Positions 53,307 through 64,000 of a DNA stretch of 64,000 nucleotides are shown in pieces. Origin of the DNA: Eledone cirrhosa. Lineage: Eukaryota. Where the stretch lies: assembly GCA_964016885.1 (NCBI GenBank), contig OZ024747.1, forward strand, positions 3,162,001 through 3,226,000, given 5' to 3'. The position numbers were made by a program, and so were the translations under genes. The notes under the pieces were generated by a model that was not told the DNA's origin, made no database searches, and saw nothing but the letters and a program-made list of their open reading frames with translations. Within the stretch, counting starts at the first letter, position 1, and the number at the start of each line of letters is the position of its first letter.

Positions 53307-54181
53307 GTTTAATACATTCTGTTACTATCCAGCAGCAGTTGATAATAATAATAATAAAGATAATTTAGCATTTGATCAGTAGATTCAGCTATTTATATTT
53401 CTAAAGAAAAATCAGTGCTTTATCTATTATTAGAAAAGTGCCTTGAATTAATTCTACAAAAGTAATATGTTACGGTCAATGACTGATGCAATGCTATATG
53501 TTGTTCAAAGGAGAAACATTTAATGTTATAACCAACAAGTCCCTTAAAAATGTTCACAGGAAAATATCATTTATCATGTTCAGATATAGTTTGGTTTATC
53601 ATATATTTTCATGGCATTTTCAAATGGTAACTATGACATTTAACAGCGAATATTGGGAATTCTTCTTTGAAATCAGATGTATTAAGAATGTATGAGTTTA
53701 TGATGGAATCAGCTAACTAATATTATTGACTGTATGTATATAGGTATATACATACATGTATATATACATATGTATGTATATAGGTATATATACATATATA
53801 GAGAGAGAGAGAGACAGAGAAAGAGAGAGAGGGAAAGAAAGACAGATATATAAACACATACACACACATATATATATAGGTATATATATGTATATATGAT
53901 TTCATTTCAGACAAAAATATAATTCCTTTAAGATTTTGGTTCAATTACTCTATATGATTTATTTGGTAATTTCAAATTTACATCCAGAAGCTTTCAGATA
54001 ATATTATGCCTATATTTCAAAATGTCCTTTACATTTATATTTAGTATCCTCAATATATATATCATATGATTCCATATCCCTAACATATACCTACACAGAC
54101 ATATATATATATATATACACACATACACATATATATATATAGAGAGAGACATAGATAGATTCATATATATAAATGTGTATG

Positions 54182-54245
<64 letters not shown>

Positions 54246-54329
54246 TATATAAATAAAAATATATGTGTATATATATACTTAATATAGAAATTGCTTCTAC
54301 ATGACCAGATCTGTTTCATTCGAAGGAAT

Positions 54330-54399
<70 letters not shown>

Positions 54400-54676
54400 T
54401 AATAGTAATTAAATTTCTTCAATTTTTATTCTAACCTAAATAGCTATACATCTTAAATCATAAATAAACTTATGCAAATGAAATAACATGTACAACGATA
54501 CAACCATGGTAGGGATATAGAATCATATGATTAACCAATGTTGCTTTGTATTTTTAAATTCCTCTATGGTTGTACATGATATACACTCACTTATTGAGAT
54601 CTACATAAACTTAAGTGGTTCAAATATTTACTATAGACAATTATATACATACATGTATGTGTGTATATGTATATAT

Positions 54677-54707
<31 letters not shown>

Positions 54708-54747
54708 CACACACAGAGAAAGAGAGGAATGCATATATCTATCTGTT

Positions 54748-54778
<31 letters not shown>

Positions 54779-54786
54779 ATTATATA

Positions 54787-54828
<42 letters not shown>

Positions 54829-54917
54829 TGTCTATATATATATATATATGTGTATATATATATATATACGTATACATATATGGAAATATATATATATATA
54901 GATATATAGATATATAT

Positions 54918-54988
<71 letters not shown>

Positions 54989-55531
54989 TATACATATATA
55001 TATATGTATATGTATGTCTGTATGTGTGTATATATAAGTGTATGTGTGTATAATAGTCAAATTGGCAGTTGCCAGAGCATTAGATTCAAATTGCCTGTGT
55101 ATTTGTTCCAGTTCACTGAACTCTGAGTTCAAATCCCAGTATTGCCTCCATCATTCCTAGATTGATAAAGTACCAGTTCACAATTGGGGGCAATTCTTCC
55201 CACCCCTCTTTCCCTTTGTCTTTTTCACACTCTCTCTCTCTCTGTCTCCCTCTCTCTCTCTGTCTCCCTCTGTCTCTCTATCTCTCCCTCTCTATATCTA
55301 TCGATCTATCTATCTATCTATCTATCTATCCCTATGTGTCTCTCTACATCTTTATTTCTCTCTCACTCCCACTCTTTCTCTATCTGTTTCTATCCCACTT
55401 TTTCTCAAAGAGAAATTGGTTATATTTCGATCTGGAAATAGATGGGCTCTACCAGGTTTTAAAATGGCCAAAAGACGCTGTGTGTTTAGGACGGCGCTCT
55501 TACAACACTATCAAGAGTTAAGGGCCCTTTC

Positions 55532-55576
<45 letters not shown>

Positions 55577-55583
<7 letters not shown>

Positions 55584-55885
55584 AAAAAAAGATGAAATCG
55601 AAAATGCAACTGGAGTCTTATTTTAAAAAAAATATATATATTTATTTGGTTCCTTTACCGGTTTCGCAGTTCTTCTGCTTTTCAAAAGTAGAGTTGAGAT
55701 GGAGGGTCTGTGGTTTTCCTCACATCCCTCACCAGATGTGAGAAAAACCACAGACCCTCCATCTCAACTCTACTTTTGAAAAGCAGAAGAACTGCGAAAC
55801 CGGTAAAGGAACCAAATAAATATATATATTTTTTAAAAAATAAGACTCCAGTTGCATTTTCGATTTCATCTTTTTTTTCTTTATA
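55577..55885. repeat. Foldback: ~150-bp inverted arms, 8-bp spacer, with degenerate hammerhead motif
   Basis: 55577-55726 vs 55735-55885 nearly perfect; contains CUU-UUGAAAA-GCAG AAGAA CUGC-GAAA-CCGG-UA-AAG (55773-55808); the + element continues to ~55946; (TA)n flanks. Confidence 0.9.
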
Positions 55886-55950
55886 CTTTCACTTGTGTAG
55901 GATACCTCGGTTATTTTTCCTTTTGTGAAAAAACCTCACTTTCTAATATA

Positions 55951-56012
<62 letters not shown>

Positions 56013-56303
56013 CATATGAATTTGTGTGTGTGTCTGAGAGTTTTAATATACATGTTCTTTAAAATATGAAGACAAACATTAACTGAGCAGATACACATAC
56101 ATATATATATATATATGTATATAATATATATAATATATATATATATTTATATATATATATATATAGGAGAGAGAGAGAGAGAAGTATTCATATATAGACA
56201 TATATACCCATAGTTACTGCTACACACACATTTGCAATAGATTATACATACATATTCATACATAGAATGTAAATTATTTTCAAATCAGCTTCGGATTAAT
56301 GAG

Positions 56304-56352
<49 letters not shown>

Positions 56353-56417
56353 TAATAGATATGCATGTATATATACATACACACATACACACACATATAT
56401 ATATATACACACACATG

Positions 56418-56493
<76 letters not shown>

Positions 56494-56954
56494 ATAGAGA
56501 GAGAAAGAAGGGGAGAGAATACAGGAAAAAGACAGAAAGTATGAGGGTGAGAAATGCAGATATTCATGTGCCTCTTATGCGTGTGTTGTGTATATATGTG
56601 TGTTTCTTGTATGTGTATATATGTATATTTATCTGTGAGTTTATGTGTGTGTATTCACTATGAAATCTGAAATTTTATATACAATAATTAGAAGATCCAT
56701 GAATATACCAAGGAAGAGTGTAATTTATCATTCTATGAACTATACATGCACCTTTGATGAGTTGTAGTGCACCTGAGCACTGTACACAACAATTTTCATT
56801 ATCATTATTATTAATCTTTACTTGGTATAAACAAAGTTTATATAGAAGCACACATACTATAAACATCAACCATATATACAACATTCTATTATTCAACAAA
56901 ATGGTTTGCTGAAACTAACAAATTGATATTCAATGAAATACTGCATATTTCAAA

Positions 56955-58925
56955 TATATATATACACAGTATATCCCACATACACAGTAAATCCCACATA
57001 CATATATACACAGTATATCCCACGTACATATATACACAGTATATCCCACATACATATATGCACAGTAAATCCCACATACATATATACACAGTATATCCCA
57101 CATACATATATACACAGTATATCCCACATACATATATACACAGTATATCCCACGTACATATATACACAGTATATCCCACATACATATATACACAGTAAAT
57201 CCCACATACATATATACACAGTATATCCCACATACATATATACACAGTAAATCCCACATACATATATATACAGTAAATACCACATACATATATATACACA
57301 GTAAATCCCACATACATATATACACAGTATATCTCACATACATATATACATATATGCAGTAAATCTCACATACATATATATACAGTAAATATCACATACA
57401 TATATATACACATTACATCACACATACATATATACACAGTAAAGCTCACATACATATATACATATATACAGTAAATCACACATACATATATACACAGTAA
57501 ATCTCACATTCATATATACACAGTACATCACACATACATATATACACAGTAAATCCCACATTCATATATACACAGTAAATACCACATACATATATACACA
57601 GTACATCTCACATATATATATACACAGCACACCTCACATATATATATATACACAGTAAATCTCACATACATATATACACAGTAAATCTCACATACATATA
57701 TACACAGTAAATACCACATACTTATATACACAGTACATCTCACATACATATATACACAGTAAATCTCACATATATATATATATACACAGTAAATCTCACA
57801 TACATATATACACAGTAAATCTCACATACATATATACACAGTAAATACCACATACTTATATACACAGTACATCTCACATACATATATACACAGTAAATCT
57901 CACATACATATATACACAGTAAATACCACATACATATATACACAGTAAAATCACATACATATATACACAGTACATCACACATACATATATATACACAGTA
58001 AAACCACATACATATATACACAGTAAATACCACATACATATATATATATATATATACACAGTAAATAACACATACATATATATATATACACAGTAAATCC
58101 CACATACATATATACAGTAAATCTCACATACATATATATACAGTAAATCTCACATACATATATATACAGTAAATCTCACATACATATATATACAGTAAAT
58201 ACCACATACATATATATATACAGTAAATCACACATACATATATACACAGTAAATCTCACATACATATATACACAGTAAATCTCACATACATATATACACA
58301 GTAAATCTCACATACATATATATACAGTAAATCACACATACATATTTACACAGTAAATCACACATACATATATACACAGTAAATACCACATACATATATA
58401 CACAGTAAATCTCACATACATATATATATATACACACACAGTAAATCACACACACATATATACACAGTAAATCTCACATACATATATACACAGTAAATCT
58501 CACATACATATATACACAGTAAATCTCACATACATATATACACAGTAAATCTCACATACATATATATATATACACACACAGTAAATCACACATACATATA
58601 TACACAGTACATCACACATACATATATACACAGTAAATCACAAATACATATCTATACAATTAATCACACATACATATATACACAGTAAATCACACATACA
58701 TATATACACAGTACATCTCACATATATATATATACACAGTAAATCACACATACATATATACACAGCACACCTCACATATATATATATACAGTATATCCCA
58801 CATATATATATATACAGTATATCCCACATACATATATACACAGTAAATACCACATACATATACAATAAATCACACATACATATTTACACAGTAAATACCA
58901 CGTACATATATAGATATATATACAC
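56955..58925. repeat. ~26-bp minisatellite, ~70 diverged copies
   Basis: Unit CACAGTA(T/A)AT(CC/CT)CACATACATATATA with variable TA run. Confidence 0.92.
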
Positions 58926-59564
58926 AGTCTCTTGCCGAAAGCCTACATTTCTTTTCTTGCCATTTTCTTATATTTTATTGTGTTGTATTCTCTGCTTGTC
59001 GAAGATAGTTATCTTCAAATCAAAAACCAATTAAAGTCAGGCTGCGTTCATCTACTAACATCATGTCACACCTGTTTAGCCTAATTTCCAATACTCCATC
59101 TTTAAAACCATGCTAAATCATCAGAAATCCTTTCTGCCATACATTCGTTCATTTAAGCTACACATGTTTAAATAAAATACAGATAATTGAATAACTAAGC
59201 GAATATTCTTAAAAATCAGCCTACACCATTCCAATAAGAGCAACATGAATTAGCTCCCATTTTTATGATCACATGGGACATAGATACAGTCTATACTCAC
59301 ATGGTCATACACTATTCGTTTTTTTTTAAATATCATCTGTTATTTTGAGAATGTCTTTCTTTCTCTCTTTCTTCCATCTCTTCTATCTCTCTCCTATCCC
59401 TTCTATCTCTCTCTCTCCTATCCCTTCTATCTCTCTCTCTCCTATCCCTTCTATCTCTCTCTCTCCTATCCCTTCTATATATCTTTCTTTCTCCTATCCC
59501 CTTTTATCTCTATCTCCCATCCCCCTTTATATCTTCTCTATATAGACATACATGAGGCACATAT

Positions 59565-59897
59565 GGAGGCACATGGCTTAGTGGTTAGAGCATTGGCCTT
59601 GCAATCGAAAGGTTGTGAGTTCAATTCTCAGACTGGGTGATGTGTTGTTTCCTTGGGCAAGACACTTTATTCACATTGCTCCAGTTTACTCAGCTGTAGA
59701 AATGAGATGATAGGGACCCCAGTCATTCCACTGTAAAGTAGACGTGTAGGTGCCATGGCAAAAAAGCACCCAGCACTCACTGTAAATGAGGTTGGTGTTA
59801 GGAAGGGCATCCAGCTGTAGATATCTAGCCAGAATCAGTTCCCATCCCACCCTTGCAAGCAGGGAAAAGCGGATGTAAAATGATGATGATGATGATG
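59565..59897 (+). mobile_element. Same SINE family, full length
   Basis: Matches 16618-16959; short GAGGCACAT duplication at its 5' end. Confidence 0.9.
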
Positions 59898-60129
59898 AAT
59901 AAATCATCTTCATCACCACTATTAATGTTGATGATAATGATTATAGGTTAATGTGTATATATATATATAAACACACATATATATATACATATATATATAT
60001 ATATACACACACATATATATATTCACATTTGAACCAGGTTTGATGGTCTTTATTCTCTCTCGTTCACGATTTAACCGAACTTATATTCATGGAAATTTGG
60101 GACTTGCCTCGTTCTTCCTCACTTTTCGT

Positions 60130-60292
60130 TGCTTCACCATCTTTGTTTGTTTACACTCTCGCTGTTCCCTTTTTTACGTGTCCCAATGACTTTCTTTAGC
60201 CGTTGCTCGCACCAACCAGAGGTATATGGTCTTTAAAGCGAAGAAATACCGATAATGGTTGGAAGATCACTGATGAGGACCACTTTATTCAT
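60130..60292 (+). repeat. Dispersed repeat of unknown class (opposite-strand copy at ~21205-21362)
   Basis: TTGCTCGCACCAAC.AGAGGTATATGGTCTTTAAAGCGA.GAAATACC...TGGAAGATCACTGATGA shared between the two loci. Confidence 0.75.
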
Positions 60293-60578
60293 ATATATAT
60301 ATATATACACATACATATATATATACACATACATACATATATATACACATACATACATATATATATATACACATACATACATATATATATACACATACAT
60401 ACATATATATACACATACATACATATATATACACATACATACATACATATATACACAAACATGCATACATATATATATATATACACACACACACATATAT
60501 ATATATACACACGTACATACATATATATATATACACAGATACATATATATATACACATACATATATATATATATATAC

Positions 60579-60639
<61 letters not shown>

Positions 60640-61240
60640 CATGGTGGCTGCCAACTCGTTTTCGAGTACGGCCACTATTTTATATCCATGTAGGAGAACC
60701 CCTACTGATGCGCTGAACAAGTGTGACTTCATAGTCCAGCCAGCAACTTGAAAGCTCTGGCACAAACACTACACTTGTGACAATTATTGACACATAGTGC
60801 TGGTACCATGAGACAAGTGCAGAGAGATCTCCAGATATAAAGCAATGCCTGTGCCATGAAGCTTTTATAGTGAGCAAAGGCACTGCACAAAGCCAGTCCC
60901 ACTCTCTTCACCAAGATGATATTTACCAAAAAGAAGAACAAGTCAACATCATTGGATACCATCAGAGTTGCAGGTGTTATATCAGAGTTTTCCTTCTCCT
61001 AGAATTCTGCCTTGACAAAGGCTAAGGGGTCATCTCTCCCGGTGATTTTGGATGGCCATTGACTCTCAAGAGCTCCTTTGCCCTTTGACAGGTTTTGTTT
61101 TTAGTCCTGCAGGATGTCCAAAGTCACCCTCCTCACCAAGAAACCTTGGTGGGGTTGCCAGTTTAGTCGCCAACGACCCGACCATGAGACAGGTTGTACT
61201 GGGATACATGTTACCAGTAGCACCAACTGGTGACCTGACA
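60640..61240 (-). mobile_element. Non-coding repeat with RTE 5'-UTR-like motif (probable non-autonomous retroelement)
   Basis: Minus strand has CTAGGAGAAGGAAAACTCTGA; a homologous copy at 15340-15635 shares TGGCTGCC...TCGAGTACGGCCA and CCTTCTCCTAGAA...GACAAAGGCTA; microsatellite flanks. Confidence 0.6.
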
Positions 61241-61556
61241 TACACTTACATATATATATACATACATATATATATATACATACATATATATATATATACA
61301 TACATATATATATATACATATACATACATATATACACATACATATATACACATACATATATATATACATACATATATATATACATACATATATATATATA
61401 TACATAGATATATATATATATACACATATATATATACATACATATATATATATATATACATATATATATTTATATATATGTATATGTGTATATATAGAGA
61501 GAAAGAGCCATATATCATGTAGTAAACACAGTATATTTACAATATAATGTATTTAC

Positions 61557-61731
61557 TACCGTATTTCCTGGCACCGAAGTCGCTTCATCCTCGAGGAAGG
61601 ACCCTAATTTTGACAACCAAAAATTTGAAAAAAACTAATAAACAACCCTCGGCCTCCAGGACCCATGGTAGACTTGTGAGACTTATTTTAGGGGAAAAAA
61701 AGTAGCCTCTTCGACGCCGGAGGATATGGTA
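61557..61731. mobile_element. Tc1/mariner (pogo/Tigger-like) MITE
   Basis: TA-CCGTATTTCCTGGC ... GCCGGAGGATATGG-TA imperfect TIRs with TA ends. Confidence 0.65.
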
Positions 61732-61824
61732 TATTATACATGGCTCTCTCTCTCTCTATATATATACATATATTTTTCATTTGGTTTAGTATGGTTCTAG
61801 ATAAGGTCTATTGAGCTTGCTTAT

Positions 61825-62053
61825 TTAACCCTTTAACATTTACATTACTCTGTATTTACTATTATATTTTCATGCTAAACACTTTATCTCATATAATTAT
61901 CTCACATCATATTGAATCTATGAGATTTTGACATTATTTATTTTGAGAACAATACCTTAATGTCAGTATGAGCGGCCAGTTACTGCTGGTTTGAACAGAA
62001 AGAGGTGAGAGAATTCTGACCTGATATGGCCGGTTTAAATGCTAAAGGGTTAA
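61825..62053. mobile_element. piggyBac-like MITE, second copy
   Basis: TTAA-CCCTTTAACATTTA ... TAAATGCTAAAGGG-TTAA; same length and colinear with 32454-32682. Confidence 0.85.
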
Positions 62054-62107
62054 AAGCACAAAATTCTAACATATTTGATGTTTTGATTCATTATTTATAT
62101 ATATATA

Positions 62108-62144
<37 letters not shown>

Positions 62145-62714
62145 TTTGATGTCTATTTTCTATGCTTGTATGGTATAAACATGTCATATTTGTGGCTTGA
62201 CATGCAGTTCAGATGATTATGTTTTGTTCATACATTCCATTTTGGTGGTTTCTATGGCTGGATGATAGTAGATAGAGTAAAAAATAGTAGATAGAAAATT
62301 TGATTGAGAGACAGCCTACAAATACGGTGTTATATCAATAGCAGGCAGTCTCCGAATATTTGTTTGGGTTCAATGCAAACCTGTTACATAATTCTGCAAA
62401 AAACACCTGATGAGATTGCCTTGTCTTGCATCATAATCGGATGATAGAGCTGGACCATAGAAATATGTAGTGCTTTCGTGGGATTAAAAGTCTAAAGTAA
62501 GATTTCCAGTCCAACCTTCTGCTGTTGTTTTAATGAATACTTTACTGTTCCTGCACCAACCACTGGATACCACATCTATGATGGATGACTTACATAGTGT
62601 TGAGTGCTTTAATTAATTTGTTGCATCATCATTTACCAACCCGAACCACCAGTTGTACCCATAACATAAATGATATATATATATATATGCATATATATAT
62701 ACATACATACTTAC

Positions 62715-63025
62715 ATATATACATGGTAAAAACGTCCCAGTCCCACACTGTAAATGTGGTTGGTGTTAGGAAGGGCATCCAGCTGTAGAAAACCTGCCAG
62801 ACAGTCCACGCTGTAATGTGGCCGTGTAGGCAACACGGTAAAAACCTCCCAGCCCCACACTGTAAATGTGGTTGGTGTTAGGAAGGGCATCCAACTGTAG
62901 AAAACCCGCCAGACAGTCCTATGCGAGCAAGACAACCACTCTTGCCTCAAGTGGGAAAACTCCCGTCCAAACCTATGCAAGCATGGAACACGGACGTTAA
63001 ACGATGATGATGATGATGATGATAT
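62715..63025 (+). mobile_element. RTE subfamily C 3' UTR fragment with internal ~115 bp duplication
   Basis: Two tandem copies of ...CCACACTGTAAATGTGGTTGGTGTTAGGAAGGGCATCC..., ending CGGACGTTAAAC(GAT)n. Confidence 0.85.
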
Positions 63026-63107
63026 GTATATATATACACATATACTCATATACATATATGTACATATACATATACGTACATATACATATATATACATATA
63101 GATATAT

Positions 63108-63328
63108 ATGTAAAGTGGTCGTGTAGGCACCACGGTAAAAAAAGCACCTAGCACTCACTGTAAATGAGGTTGGTGTTAGGAAGGGCATCCAGATGTAGAA
63201 ATCAAGCCAGAATCAGTTCCCGTATGAGCAAGACAAGGTCATCCGACCTGACATTGCCCACAACAGGACAACCTGTCTAACCCATGCTAGCGTGGAAGAA
63301 TGGATGTAAAACAGTGATGATGATGATA
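63108..63328 (+). mobile_element. RTE subfamily B 3' UTR fragment
   Basis: Matches 42815-43023 including the (GAT)n tail. Confidence 0.85.
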
Positions 63329-64000
63329 TATATCTATATATGCACACTTATATACATACACACACATACCACTACATATATATATATATTCTTTATTGTT
63401 TTACTTGTTATACTTTCTATGGCCATCCTTCCTTGGCTGGTCATTGATCAATGAGTCAGCTTCACACTGCTGCCCTCATTCACATGGTTTACTATGCTGT
63501 AGACTCATCTGGGATCTTAAACACCAGAATGACGAGATGCTTCTTCAAAATATCTACATCTACCCTATGTAGATCTTCCCGGTTTGTGGCAACATATTAA
63601 AGAGCTGAAGTATTTTAACTCCAAGCTACTGCAGTATCTTTTACTGTGGATGTGGAAAGTAGAAACTTTTGCTTTACAAAATGTTGTCCTGTCTAGGGAT
63701 TGGTGTATCTCACAGTACCCAACTTTGTTGCTAGCCCTTCCCTTGTCTTCAATATGTATATCACTGTATATGTTTCCTGTCTTTGCTCCAGGGTGTATTA
63801 ATTGATTTATTTCAGACTCTATCAGTAGTTCACCCCTTTTACTGAAGCATTGTTGGATTACTTCAAGTTCTTCATTTAATGTGACACTAAATGTATTCCA
63901 CCAAACTAACATTGTTACCTGGGCCTTTCTCCTGAATTAACTCAGAATCCAGCCAACCAGTTGTCTGCATATTGTTGCCATCTTGGTGATACACACAGGA

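Noticed and set aside
63420-64000. 115-aa minus-strand ORF in unique sequence at the window end
   Set aside because: Coding-like composition and possibly a decayed transposon or exon, but no recognisable motif, a non-ATG start and truncation by the window edge; needs BLASTx.

Overview
This is AT-rich eukaryotic, almost entirely non-coding DNA. The SINE families, RTE LINEs and (TA)n fields strongly suggest an octopus/cephalopod genome (inference). The only convincing long ORF is an uninterrupted RTE-clade non-LTR retrotransposon polyprotein (APE + RT + embedded PHD-like C4HC3 finger, 33837-36938, minus). The rest is truncated RTE copies of at least three subfamilies, several tRNA-derived SINE families, hAT/pogo/piggyBac-like MITEs, six large minisatellites and microsatellite fields; nearly all other ORFs in the track are repeat artefacts. 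Most interesting signal: several unrelated short non-coding elements, mostly inside (TA)n tracts, carry minimal type I hammerhead ribozyme motifs (CUGANGA / GAAA / UH with tiny, often palindromic stem III). Three of them are near-perfect 145-205 bp foldbacks holding a sense and an antisense ribozyme, consistent with non-autonomous Penelope-like/retrozyme elements. Also notable: 46-48 bp minisatellites caught being born from RTE sequence, a mosaic SINE built from two RTE subfamilies, and a candidate host promoter/first exon near 53.0-53.3 kb.
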